From assembly GCA_951804945.1 (NCBI GenBank), contig OX638158.1:19282001-19346000 (forward strand): 64,000 bases of DNA, in the 5' to 3' direction. This document shows positions 26,244 through 40,156 of the stretch, in pieces. Origin of the DNA: Podarcis cretensis (lineage: Eukaryota). Below the pieces are notes generated by a model. That model made no database searches. It saw only the letters and a list, made by a program, of their open reading frames with translations, and was not told the DNA's origin. A program made the translations under genes and the position numbers. How positions within the stretch are numbered: position 1 is the stretch's first letter; every line of letters begins with the position of its first letter.

Positions 26244-27440
26244 CTAAAAGATGGGGGCAAGAAAACATATATGAAAAACTGGAACAAAAACAAATCAAAC
26301 TTAATTATATAGGCAAGGCCACAAACATGCAGACTCTTGGGGCAGGATTAGATGCTACAAGACACACAGGACTGAAGAAGCCCAGCCGCACACACACCCC
26401 TCCTCAGCCAACACGTGATGTAACATCACTGCAGTTTTCCATTCTTTATCTCCACAGCAGAAAGTCAGTGGTGTCTACTTGTGCTATACTAAAATTTACC
26501 AGTAAGGAGAAAGACACCTCAGGTGACCAGATAAACTTGTAACAGCTACTTCTTCCCTAGAAAAGTATGGCTTTTACAGAACTTCATGCAGTTTGATTAT
26601 CTTCTTCCTTAAAAAACCATCTGGAGAATTTACTTTTGAATTTATGGCAAACTTATCAGACTTTGCCTACAAACATATGCACACTTGACCACTGCAGACC
26701 AACCTTGTTTAAAAATACAACTTGCTCATTTAATACTTTAATTTCTAGTTTCTGTAAGGTTTAAAATATGCTGCATGACTACTCATAACCCTATAAAGGA
26801 ATCCTTACTTTAAAATTACTCACTACTGAAGGATGATAAAAGAAATAACAGAGAACTGTGGTGACCCTCCAGATGCTGTAGCATTCCAACTCCTATCAGG
26901 CCCAGTCAGGGTAAGATATGACCAGGGTTTGAAATCAGCTGGGCGCTAGTCACATTTTGCAACTTGAAACTGGCCTCTTACGACCAGATGGAGATGTCAA
27001 GGCACCACCTTTGACACCTAACATCTCCACCTGCCTGGCCTGGTGATTCAGGGGGTCTTGCAGGGTAGCGCGACTGTAAAATACGTGTCTTTTGCTGCTA
27101 CACTACCCTGCAGACCCCCTGAATCACTCAGCAGCAAAAATAATTTGTCTCCCTCCCTCCCTCTCTGCTGTGCTATTGTGTGAATCAGGTGTTGAGGTAA
27201 TTTGGTTTTAGTAAACACTGAAAATAGCACAGTGAAGGTGCTTGATCTCAATAGGTAGGGAGTTCCAAAGTGTAAGCAGTGCCACACTAAATGACCAAGT
27301 TCTGACAAATGTGGGACGAGTTCTACATGGCACCTGTAGTAATGCCAATTCTGCCGATTGAAGAGGACAAGTGGACACATGTAGGGTAAGGCAATCTCGT
27401 GGGTAAACTGGTCCTGGGCTTTATATACTAATTTATGCAA

Positions 27441-27444
<4 letters not shown>

Positions 27445-27479
<35 letters not shown>
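27445..27479. repeat. (TA)n microsatellite
   Basis: Directly visible. Confidence 0.95.
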
Positions 27480-27483
<4 letters not shown>

Positions 27484-27671
27484 TTCTACTGAATGCTGCT
27501 TTTCTTTTCCCTTGTGACAGTTTTGATTGCGAGGTCCTTTTTTTAGCATGAATTACTGAATGTTATCTTAGAATTCAGAGTCTTGCTATTCAAGAATTTA
27601 AGCAAATGTGCTTGCACACAAAGCATAAAGGGAATGCCTCAGTAATCCACAACAATGTAACAATGCTACTT

Positions 27672-27860
27672 GAAAAACATACGAAGAACCTGCTGGATCA
27701 GGCCATTGGCCCATCTAGTCCAGCATCCTGTTCTCACAGTGGCCAACCAGGTGCCTGTAGGAAACCTGTAAGCAGGGCCCAAGCACAAGAGCACTCTCCC
27801 CCCCCCCCCCGGCACCTGTGGTTTCCAGCCACTGGTATTCAAAATGACTGGTGATCTCAA
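27672..27860 (-). mobile_element. CR1 3' UTR fragment
   Basis: Reverse complement of the 24405-24546 type sequence; similar copies at ~59780-60030 and ~62580-62790. Confidence 0.7.
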
Positions 27861-30800
27861 CAATGCTGAATTCCAAAAGAGTAAAGAAAACCCTGGATTG
27901 AAAAGCAAAACACATGCAATTGTGTTCTACAAATTTAGAAACACTTAGTAACCTAATCTGAGAAATTTAAATACTGTACAGAACTTTCAAAAGCCTGAAT
28001 TTCACCACCACCACAATTCTCTTCTTAAAAGTTACTTTTGCAACAGATTTGTAATGGCAAACAGAATACAATATAACCACATCTTACACAGGGTTTTGGT
28101 TCCAAGGGTTCCGCATATACACAAAAATTGTGTATACCCAAACCCTTGGAACATCCTTGTGGCTAAGGGGGGAAGGGAAGAGAGAGAACATGCCCAGAAC
28201 TTCTAGAACCTGTACACAGAGCAGCCCTTGCCCTTTAAAAGCTTTTTCCACACAGTGGACCTGGCCCCAAAATAGCTTTTAAGCTCTCCACCTTGATTAC
28301 ATTCCAGTTGTGCAATTTTAACTGGCCGGTGTTCAATCATGTAAGTTAAATGTGTGGAATATGTGATTGTACTGTAAACTCGTCTACTACCATCCTTTCC
28401 CAAAATTCACAAACATATGCATGACAAAAGAATTAATCTCACTTTTGTTGCACTAAAAGCAGAAGAAAACATGCTATTAGAAGTGCTGGTACAGCAAATT
28501 ACACTTTTGGAAGAGGGCAACTGACTTGACTGGTAAGCCACATATTTTGGGTCTTCTGCAAATTCTCTCAGATTGCAAGGATTCAACAAGCAGTATATGT
28601 AACATTTTCAAGTATTCCTCAAAGACTTACTTAAATGAGAAAGCAAACACATTTGCACACATTTTTAAAAATGAACTACTGATGACTAGACAGCAAAACC
28701 AGGCCAGTTAAATATGTTTCTTACTGGAAGCCTTTAACCTTTGGATGTAAACATGGAATTTTTGACTTAAGATGCTTTCCCTGTTCTCTGCAGGGTGTGT
28801 CAAATGCTAACTTTGCTCCAAAGTCATTTGGGAAAGGAGTGAATTGCACTGCAGCTGACAATGTATTATAATATACTGTTTAAGGAAACACAACTCTGGG
28901 TAGCCGCCTGGAACCCCTGGAATCTTGCTACTGCTCAGCAGGGATTGGGGATGGTACACAACCTTTTTAACAATACATAGTTCCTTACCGATCAGGGCAA
29001 AACCCCTACAGCATACAGGCTGGTCATTTAAATGAGCTGCATGACCATGTGGAAGTCTTCAACCATGTTCTACCACTTATCAATTTCAATTTAATTGCCC
29101 CACAATATTAAGATGACATGTGCTTTGCTGTGTACTGACTAAGAGTGGGCCACGGCTTATATAGCATTTATTTTTTCACAGTTATAAACAGATAATTAGA
29201 ACAAATCATAAATGAAATCCCAAAGGATAATAAAGAAAATGGATAAACACTGCATTTCCTTGATAGCAAACCTCCAGGGCTCGTCACATCCCCTTCAACA
29301 ATATTGCCTTCCTAGCAAGTTGAAACAGATGCATGAAGCCTTGTCTGCTAGCTTTGTTCATTCCTTTCCACCCACATTAAATTGTTTTGACATTGTTTCA
29401 ACAGAAATGCAACACTGCCCAGCATGTGACTTGCATTTCTGTAATATAAGGGCACTAAATGTGGACAGAAAATAAAAGAATCATTCAAACCACAACTAGC
29501 CTTTCTTGGCAATTTATACTTGACAGGTATTCAACATTGGAATCAGCATTCAGTCTTAGAGATGCCCAATGTGTAGCACTAAACCCATTATATCATAGTC
29601 CGAATTATATTGATAGTTCATCCAAATAAAAATGCTTAGTTGTCTGTTCCAAAGCTTAACTTTCCTTTCCTTTCTGCATGTAACTTTTTTAAGTATCAAG
29701 GAGGCACATTAAACAACATTCATACAACTGCCAGGCCAGCAGCTAGACTTCCTTCAAACTTTTCTCCCATCTAGCTGCAAGATTAGAAGAACCTTCACTT
29801 ATAACTTGGTCAACTTCATTTAGCTCCAGATCCAAATAAACAGTCCTCTGAAACTTCATAGAACATTCAGGTAATAGCAACCCATTTCCCCAGTGGACAT
29901 TTCATATTTTTTTTTATTCACAAGCAGAGAACCACAAAGCAATTGTTCAAGTTGCATACTTGGCTACCATGTCCCATCCACCCTCACTATATAAAGGAGT
30001 GGGTAGAATGAAACTGCCCCCCAACTCCAGGAGGTCCTTATCCCTGTGCACCACTCTCTGTCACCAACATGTCCGGGCAGCATGAAGGAATCATGCTTAG
30101 TCAGTCCTTGCCCCCAATGGTTTTTACAGGAGCTGTTTCTAAAAAATATTTTTCCTACCACTCTTGTGTGTCCACTAGTAAATCAGAATACAACTCTCTC
30201 TCTAGGTCCATGTTGGCACTTTGCATCCTCCTATCACTAACAAGGTTATTCAGGCATGGCACTGAGTCAGCTATTCCTTGCACCTTCCAAAGTCCGTAAC
30301 CCAGAAGTAAGCCTTCCATTTCAGGGTCTTTAACTCTGCTCCTCCTCTCCTCATCACTGCTGACTGCTAATCCACCATTTCCTTCTGAACAGGAAAGAAC
30401 AAGAGGCAATGGAAACAAGGAAGATGGGTCAGCAGCCACTAGTCTGCTCACACACATCTGCCCTCCCGCTCTGGGCAGTGATGTCAATTGAATGACTTTG
30501 CCATCATGGGCAGATGAAGGTGAATAGGAAATAGAAGTGAGGATGAGCAAAGCCAACTATGGATCACCAATATAACTTTTCAAACACATTTAAGTGTTGT
30601 TGTTTTTAAGGAAATATAGTTGCTCCAAAATTAAGACAATTTTTTGTCCCAGAAATAAATACTGATCATATTTTCTGAATTCCAACTGTGTTTTTTAACC
30701 AATCCCCTAAAGGTTTTAAGTGGAGCAAGACTGGTGAATCTCCCTTTGGAGTGTCACAATACGTATGTCACTGCAGGGGGGGGGGAAACATTTCTAACAG

Positions 30801-32349
30801 ACGATATCCTCATTGCAGATGATGGTGACAACCCAGAGCAAAGTCTCTCTAGCTGATCTTAATTCACATGGGTGAGTTAAACTGTCTTTGAGAGCTTATA
30901 AATTTTAAATGAGCAAGATAATTTTAAAAACACACACATGCATAATACAGTACACAGTCTCCGATTACAGTTTTCTAAGATGAAAACACTGATATTTTAT
31001 AAAGGACAGCTATTACAAAGACTATGAGAAATGCAAGTGCATAGCAACTGATATCTTCAAAATTCTGTTTTTGTTTACATGAAACGATAAAGAGTAGATA
31101 AAATAAAATGCCGGCCATTCTGCAAGTGCTTAAATTTACAAACTATGGCATTTTCAGCAACTACACAAAGACACACTTTTAAAAAAGTATAATTAAAACA
31201 ATGGGATTCCAAACTATAGTAACTGTAGCTAGGCAACAAACAATCAGATGTTTAACACCTGTGCACATTGCTCATAAGCACAGGGGACTGGAAGGAATAG
31301 AGCAGTTGCCTAGGAGAAAATTCTAGCATTCATGAACCCAAGAACAGCAGAACAAGACGGTGGTTCTCAAAAAGATATTACTGAACTGTACAGAGTCCAA
31401 AAGGAGGTCAGTGTCAGATATTATTCCTTGCGGAAGCAAGGAAACCCAGGCCAGGGAGCACATGCCAACTCCTGAAACAAACATCAGTCTGAGAGAACTG
31501 TTGGGGTTTCCGCACTCGCACCTTCCCTGGGGCTACATAAGACTAATGTGTTCCAAGGGAAGGCAAACAAAAAGAAACCTTGGCCAAGAAGCTAGTGCCA
31601 ACAGCTCCTATATTTTACACTTTGGGGTATAAAATCTACCAAGTTGAGGAAATCAACTACAAACTCTTGTATGCATAAAGCTGAAGTGTGAGTGAAGCAT
31701 GTGCAGGGCAAATGCAGTTCTTATCATAGTTTTGGATAAGGTCACCGTTCAATGTTCAGTTTTGTGTTTGTATTCATTTCCTCTTTACAAGGAAGCTGCC
31801 CTAGGAAAATACCATCTTCAAATATAGCCTTTAGTAATACTTATAACTATCACCAGTTTGCCTGCTCAGTTCTTCTATCCTATGAGTAACTCAAATATAA
31901 GCAATATGCCAGCTAACATACTAGAACTCTAAATCAATGTTTTTCTTCTAGATTTAAGTTTATAATTTCTGGCTAATTCAACAACGTCCCAATTAGTCTC
32001 ATAGGTACAGTTTGCCTTGCATGTGAAGATCTAACTACTGTTTATATTGGAATAATTCATACTAAGCAATTAATATATACTACTCATAACTGGCATTGCT
32101 TGGGAATTGTAAGAAATCAAAAAAATCAGTGCAGCTTTTAAAGTTTCACTCCACCATCTTGATTCAAATAGTGTCCAGGTGTATCCAAACACAGACGAAA
32201 ACCTGTTCCTTAACCTCAGGAACCATCTAGCAATATTTGGGCACAATGTATTATGAAATATTCAAATGTATAGCAAGCACCATTCCACAATACATAATAG
32301 ACATCTCTCTCACACATAGAGCACATTTTTAAAGTAGCACATTTTTTAA

Positions 32350-33062
32350 AGAAAATGTATTAGCTTCAATACCTAAGGTGTCATTAGATTTAAAATTAAG
32401 ACTAATACAACAGAAAATAATATTTAGAGTTTATTGGACCCCTTTACAGTTGTATAAAAAAGGGTTAGCTAAGATAGTTCAGTGTTGGAGATGTGGCAAG
32501 GACACGTTTGTAGCGTGTTCTTTACTTAACAAGTTTTGGGAGAAATTGCTGGACTGTGTAACTATGACTGTGCAGAAAGTTAAATCTTTCAGCAGCGAAT
32601 ATTTTATTGAACTATATACCTGCAGTATGGAAATTATCAACGAGACAATGGAAATGGATTTTCCGTGCCCTAATGGTGGCCAAGAGATTGATATTGAGGA
32701 ATTGGAAAAATAAAGATATGACAGCTTTCCATCAATGGACAGATGATATGACATCACTCACAATTTATGAACAGACTGCTTACAGGCACAGACTCTGTAT
32801 GGATAAATACGATAAAATTTGGAATGAGTTTATACATAATGTCGTAGGCTATTAACATTTACATAAGCACCAAGACAATAACACTATACCAATTTATACA
32901 AGAATGTATGGGAATATTGTATATTGCTTCTTCTTCTTTTGTATATTTGTGTTTTTAAATGTATCATTATTGTTTTTCTCCCTCTCACTTTCCCCCTTTT
33001 TCTATATCACTTTATTCCTTTTAACTGAAATCATCATAATAAAATATAAATATTTTAAAAAG
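32350..33062 (+). mobile_element. L1-clade LINE 3' end (ORF2 C-terminal cysteine-rich region, T-rich UTR, AATAAA)
   Basis: QQKIIFRVYWTP..CWRCG..C...FW and AKRLILRNWK motifs in frameshifted ORFs 32378-32855. Confidence 0.8.
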
Positions 33063-34604
33063 AACTGGAAACACCTCTTCCCCCACAGCCTGCTACCATC
33101 AATTGACAGCTAGGCAAAAACTAACTGAATAGCTCTGAGCCTCAGCACAAGCTTACCCCTTTGCATGTAGGGAACAAAGAGAATCCCATTTAGAATTTTC
33201 CTGTGCTAGTGGAATTCAGTTTTCAGCTGTAAAACAGCTCCAGAACCCACTCTCTAGGGAGACTGGTCTAGACCAATTTCTCTCATGCTTCAAGAAGCAC
33301 CTGAAAGCCTAATTCTTGCCAGGCCTTCTTTCTACATCACAGTACGATATCCTATGCCTGAAAGCTGCAGTTTGGTATGCTTTAGATTTTGAGTGTGGGT
33401 TTTACTGTTTTATTTCAGTCAATGTCTGATGTCATATTGTTTTTAATGCTTGAAATTATTTTTATGTGCTTTTATTGTTGTTGTTTTTATTATGAAAGAT
33501 CTCAAAGTTATTTAACAGGAAGAAATCCATAAATAAAATAAATAAATAAATACTTGTTTAGGTGGTTGCGGTGTTCGTATTCCTGCTTCTAAATCTCTTA
33601 AATTGTCTTGACTACTTTCAAGTAAAAACAGATTATGCATTTTCACCTGTCCTTCCAAACTGAGTTTTTAAAAATACTGATATGCCCTACAGGGTGGTTG
33701 TAAGGATTAGTGGATTAATGTGTCCAAAGGCATTATTTTTTTAGCTTGCATAACCAAAAGAGACATTTGGTGTTATGAATAACTCAGAGGTTTGCTGTGG
33801 TAATTGTGTATAAGGCCTAATGATAAGGAAGCCAAAAGGAGATGGTTTTGAATCTGTGAAGTATTTAATTATTGCACCATGTAGCATTTTTATATATTTC
33901 TGAATGGGGTGTAAACAAGAAAACATGAAGTGCAGTAAGGATGAAAGAGAATTCAAAGTAAAAGACTGGTTATTCTGCAAGAATGCTGGACAGAACAAGA
34001 GAATGACCAGGATATGTCAGTACTGTTAAGGATGAACAATATGACCTAAATGCATCATACAGCAAGATACCTATGATGTTATTCATACACAGTCTTACCA
34101 ACAGAGAAGTCTGTTTCTCATTACTTTGTATTTTAAGGCACATGTTGTCCTTGGTTTTGCGCCATTCTATTTTTCAAAAGCCTGAATGAGAACAGTTTGG
34201 AGGATATTTCTCAGGATTCAAAACCAGAACTCTGTAGGTTGTCATGGTTCAAGGAGCCTATATAATCAAGTCCCTACATCTTATTACCAGTGTTAGGAAC
34301 TCAAATATATAAGCTAATCACCAAACAGAACCTTAAACCTAGGTTATGGTTGCCACAGTGGATGTCTAGGTGCCTTAAAGTGGTGTGATGATGATGATTT
34401 TCATTTCTATACCACTTAATATTTTAAAGGGAAAAAATCTCAAAGCTGTTTACAACACATTAAAACATCAAATAAAATAATCCAGAATAAAACAAATTCA
34501 AGCTTCAAAGAAAATATTTCAGATCCTTCTCTAAGTGAAAATTTCCCCATATTTATTTACCTACTTAATTTATATAGCTGCCCCATAGCAGAAGTACTCT
34601 AGGA

Positions 34605-34800
34605 AGCCAGTGTGGTGAAGTGGTCAGAGTACTGGACTAAAACCTGGGAAATCAGGATTTGAAACCCCACTGTCATGAAGCTCACTGAGTTACCTTGGGC
34701 CTCTAAACCTACCTCACAGGGTCTTTATAGAGGTTAAATGGGGGGGGGGGTAAACCATGTACTCCTTGGAGAAAAAGGTGGGATATAAATGCATAAATAA
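34605..34800 (+). mobile_element. Old MIR-like tRNA SINE
   Basis: A/B-box-like head (GTGTGGTGAAGTGG...GGATTTGAAACC) and CCTACCTCACAGGG core; similar copy at ~49555-49750. Confidence 0.55.
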
Positions 34801-36589
34801 GCACTTCTGCTTACCTGGTTAAGAAAGCTGGAGATATCAGTCACCAACCTGGCATCTAGAGATTAGGGCTGGGTGATATCTGGTTTTCAACATTGTGATA
34901 TATGGCTATGTCACAATGTATGAAACAAGGATGGAGCTAAGTAGAAGCATTGGCTAGCTTCACAGTTTTTAACACACCGGGATTTTTGCATACTGCATGC
35001 ATGATCAAAAATTATGGAACCAATATCACAATATGGATTTCATGTGGCCGCAACTAGACCCACGCCAGTAGCAAAATGCACCTGGCTAATTTCTAACACT
35101 GCTTTTTACCTTCCTTCTGCCCCACTTAAGTCTTTTGTGAATCTCTGAAGATGGTATAATTCAACATAGACAAGTTGCAAATCTCAATGTGAGAAGAAAT
35201 GGGGAAGATGAAAACAAACACTATTAGCATTTCTCTTTTAAAATATAAATGACCAGCCCTACCACAACCACAATGCCCGCCTTTCAAATTGCAGTTTAGT
35301 TGTCACAGCCAAGCTGTGTATATTACATGCTAAGAAATAGAGAAATAATTAAAGTTTATGCTGAATATTGCGTATGAAATAAAAAGAATTCTGAAATTCC
35401 AAAGAATTAAGAAGTTTCTAGACACACTGTGTTTACTATTCTGAACTGCGCATTGATATATTCTTAAAGACAAACTGAAATTGCCAGATATAAAGCAGCA
35501 AAGTATTAAATGCTAATGAGTTTTCATTCTGTTCACTGCTCCCCAATAAGTATTCAAAAGGATGACTGAATCTGTATTTTCCTCTTCCAGGAACGATGGA
35601 AAGTATTGGCCATCCTGCAAAAGAATGTGTTAGTAGAGTGAAGAATCCTTTACAACTTCAAAATAATATAAATATATCACTTCAAGAAGGAATGAGAGGT
35701 ATTATTTTAGAGGTCAGCTTTTGCATTTATTATGAAGCAGGCTAACAAATCCCATACCTTTTAAAAGAAACGTTATATGTGAAGGTCAAACTGCTACCAT
35801 GCCAATCTCTACAACACTGGTTACACAACCGAGTCCTCTAAGTTCCTTCAAAAAGCAATAAAGTGTTACATAACACTGGAATGCAAAAGTTGGCATGCTG
35901 TTCACAACAAATGTCCTATGCGATGTTAGGGAAGCTAATCTGATCTCCATGGCTAGCATCCTAGAAATAAAACTTTCGGAAAAATTTGGAGCATAGGTGG
36001 CTTTGTAATCACATCTTAGGCAGTTAGATATGCATTTTTTTATCACTATGCACAAAGGCATCTTGCCAGAAACATAAAAAGACATCTATAGGCTTCAAAC
36101 TACTTGACTTCATCTACATAGTCATATTTTAACAGCACAACTTGTGATGCACAATTTCTACCACAAATGTTTACTGAATAAACACTAGTGGTAGCAGAAG
36201 ACACCACAAGACCATTTGTGAATATGTGATCACATCCCACTGCCAGCTAAAGCACACCATAAATACACAATGAATCATTGCCACTCTTAACACCACCTCT
36301 GGTACTAACTCCCGCAAAGGGTAGTCTACAGCCAGTCCCAGTGTCAGCAGCTATAAGACAGCGCTGCTTGTCTACCTATCAAGAAACTGAAAATATATGA
36401 CCCGCAGCAACAATCTCAGAGTTTTGTGTATAATCACAATTTCTATACAGCTCCTACCCAGGACACACCCTATCATGAAGTAATGTGAAGCAACCCACTT
36501 AAAGTAGCACCAGCAGGGAGAAGGGAGAAAATACAAGATTTAGGTCGCTTGGCATGGTCATCTACACTTCCAGTATAGTGCCTTCTGTG

Positions 36590-36730
36590 CAGTGGTGTAG
36601 TGTGGGTTGTCAGCACCCGGGGTAAGGCAAGTAATTTGTGCCCCCTAACCCGTGGATTTGCGCCCCCTAACCCCCAGATGTTGCGCCCGGTGCGGACGGC
36701 CCCCCCTGCACCCCCCACGCTACACCACTG
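36590..36730. mobile_element. hAT MITE
   Basis: TIRs CAGTGGTGTAGTGTGGG / CCCACGCTACACCACTG; perfect 8-bp TSD CTTCTGTG. Confidence 0.92.
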
Positions 36731-38320
36731 CTTCTGTGAGTTGGCATCACATCCACACCACGATGGGCGTTGGGCCACAAGACCTGCCAAACCAATGCCA
36801 ATAACAGCCAATGCATGTAGGTTAGGTTTACGATTATTAAATTTATATATCACATCTCATGAAAAAGTGAACCCTATGGGATCTCTGCCAAGTGATTTTT
36901 CAGCAACATGCAATTTGCAAAAACTTTGTTTGCTTATTCTAACTTTATTGCAATAATTTGCTAAATTTACTATATTTTCAGAAGTCTCATTAAAATCCTT
37001 TCTGTAACAGGATTAAATCTGTAAAGTGGATTTAGTCAAAAGAAACACGCTACTGTCAAGCAGCTTTCAGTGCCCGAGTTACAATTCTGACTTATTTCAA
37101 GTTCAACTGGAAAGTTTTGTATTTTCACAACAGACATTTTCAAATTCAGATAGTACTTATGGTTTATTTAACTTAAAATTATTCCAAAAGGGTATACTGC
37201 CAGTTTGCTCACCATGAGAAAATCAAGAGCTTCAGCTGGGAACATTGAGCTCAGTATATATTAAGTACCTAACTATAATCCAGCCTTATATTTCAGCACA
37301 TTTAAGACTTGCCTAGTAGCCATAAGCTGACAAGGAACTGCACACCTGAGTGAATAGGCTGGCAAATCTATCACTTCTCTACACACAGAATAGAAATCAT
37401 GCAGGTTGCCATGCATAAAAGTGTAAGGGGCAGAGCTCTTCATCCCACTTCAACCAGCCCCCCACCCTGGCTAGAAATTATCCTCCCCACCTGCCACATG
37501 TAAGTACCGGTAACTTTCATGGGCTTATTTACAAGACTGCTACAATCGGCTACAAAGCAGCTTAAACAAAATATAACAGCTTTTCCTCCCTATATGCCCC
37601 CATTACAATCCAAACTTTTACAGGCTTAACCTTAACCCACTAGCTCTAACCAATGCAGAATATCACTGTCAGTCACGACCACAAGACTACTTCTTTTTAT
37701 ATTTTAACTTTTTTTTTCTAGCACTATCGCTTGGGCTCATTGAGTAACAAACATTTAAAGATACACACAAAAATGCAGACTAAAAGAACTGCATTAATGA
37801 TATAATTTTAGTGCTGGCACAACACAATTGGGAGAACACACTATCACAAGTGAAGCACTTTCACTGTATGCTACTACATCATTCAGAGCAATGCCCATGC
37901 CAAAATATTACTGATAAAAAAATTCTTCCAATAACCTTCACCCTTTGTCTACTCACTGCTATTTTTATTTGGGTCAAATTCAATGCAACTAGGAAGCGAG
38001 CCAAAGTTGTTGATATTCCACAAAATTTCAGTATCCAACATATTAAAGCCACATAAGCCATCTATTTTTGTTTCTTGCAGGTAAAAATAAAAATGCTCGC
38101 CATGCACAGAATTCATACTAACATAGAACTCCATAGTTAATCACAGAGCACACAAAAAGAAATTACCATGTTTTTATTCAGAATAATAAAATACAGCAGT
38201 AACTTTAGGAAACAAAAACCTAACTCACACCCTAATATATATATATAAAATCATTTGAAAGGAACAGTTTTAAGCCTTCCAATATATGATACTAAATGTC
38301 AGGAGTAGTGCAAGCAACTA

Positions 38321-38544
38321 CAGTAGTACCTCGGTTTAAGAACAGTCCGGTTTAAGAACGATTTGGTTTACAAACTCTGCAAAACCGGAAATAGTGTCTT
38401 GGTTTGAGAACTTTACCTCGGTCTAAGAACGGAATCCGAACGGTGGAAGGGCACCGGCAGTAGGGGGCCTCATTAGGGAAAGCGCACCTCGGTTTAAGAA
38501 CGGACTTCCAGAATGTATTAAGTTTGTAAACCGAGGTACCTCTG
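38321..38544. mobile_element. Tigger-like MITE (related subfamily)
   Basis: TA|CAGTAGTACCTCGGTTTA ... TAAACCGAGGTACCTCTG|TA. Confidence 0.88.
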
Positions 38545-39919
38545 TACTTTTAAATGTTTCAGATTTCACTAGCAAAAATCCATTTTTTCTGCTTGCATAA
38601 AATTGCCTCTAAGAACCATTCAAGTAGATTTAGGACCATGCTTGTTCTCCCATTAAAGGCCGTTTTCAGTGGAGTTACCTGGCACTTAACTTTTTATGGT
38701 ACTTTTAATTTCACATTATGTTCAACAGTGCATGTAACACAAAATGAGTTAACATAGCCAACAGGAATTTCTAAGCTTCCAACCTTTTCTCCATGTAAGT
38801 TTGACTTAACACAGGTTTATTTGAATGGGGAAGTTGAAAGACACCTTCCAGGAACTGGGCACTAATTAAAACTATCCTTCATACCAGTGGATTGTGTTGC
38901 TTCCTCCCCAGTATTCTGAAATGGTAGAAACAGGAGCTGAAACTTAACTGCAGGTTGTATCCTTTGGCCTGGGAATGATGTCTGGATAATGCCAGATATG
39001 TGGGAAATGTTTGTGGTAACAAGTGGTAAGCAAAGTGTTAGGAATATACAGAGACACACCTACTGTTTCACCTGTCTGAGCACTGAAAATAGTTTCCAAA
39101 GGCCAAGTCTTGATGTGCCCAAATTGAAGTTCAAGCCTTGTCCCTCCCCTGGTTCAGTTTTTAGAAGAAACTAAAACTATTTTAATGACTATTAAAAATG
39201 TGACGTTTCCTTCCTGTTCTGCTTTTCCATGTTGTTAAAAAGACTTTTACAACTACATAAATGCTTCATGAGATTGGGGAAAGATTCCTAGATCTGTTAA
39301 CACTAAGCCTTCTAAATGGTTTGGGAGCTACATAATCAGAACCCCATGATGATGATTAAGGGGGTGGGGCGGAATCAAAGTAGTTTTCTCCCCCCCAGCA
39401 AGGATTCTTCCAAGGATTCTTACATCATTCCAGCACTAAGCCTCCCTCATAGTTTGCCAATAAAACTGTATCAGAACCATTGTGACTAACAGATGTCTCT
39501 AATTTTTATCAAAGTAACAGCCACAGCCTTTGAGCAGTGAAACTGCACACCAATCCTTACACCTTGATTGTGTTTAGTAAAATCATATGCCATTTAAATT
39601 TCCACAAGAAACAAAATTAACAGTCACAGCTGATGAAATTATGTCTATTTAGAGTGGCAAAGCAGAAATATGTTTTTTGCTTTGTTTTAGAGAACAAGGT
39701 AGAAAGCAACAAGACAGGGGGAAAAGATTTTACACACAAAATGCCACAGAGCAGTTAAATTAAGTCCATTAATTTACAAAAACAAAACCCATAATCTCTT
39801 AACAAGCTAACACAGAGCAAGAAGCTAACAAGCTAACATAGGGAATAGTTTTTTAACAAGCTAATATAGAGCACTGAACACATTCATGTTCAATGGCTTT
39901 ACAGCTGTATAATCTAGTA

Positions 39920-40156
39920 CAGTGGAACCTTGGTTCTCAAACGCCTTGGTACTTGAACATTTCAGCTCCCGAATGCTGAAAACCCAGAAGTGTTCCAGTT
40001 TTCAAATGTTTTTTGGAAGCCGAACATCCGATGCAGCTGTCGGCTATTGTTTCCAGGGCACCTGTGCCAGTCAGAAGCTAGGCACTGGTTTTCAAACATT
40101 TTGGAAGTCGAAAGGACTTCCGGAATGGATAATGCTTGAAAACCAAGGTACCATTG
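39920..40156. mobile_element. Tigger-like MITE (older subfamily)
   Basis: TA|CAGTGGAACCTTGGTT ... AACCAAGGTACCATTG. Confidence 0.8.

Noticed and set aside
39798-39875. Repeated AACAAGCTAA units
   Set aside because: Short slippage-type local repeat with no evidence of function.
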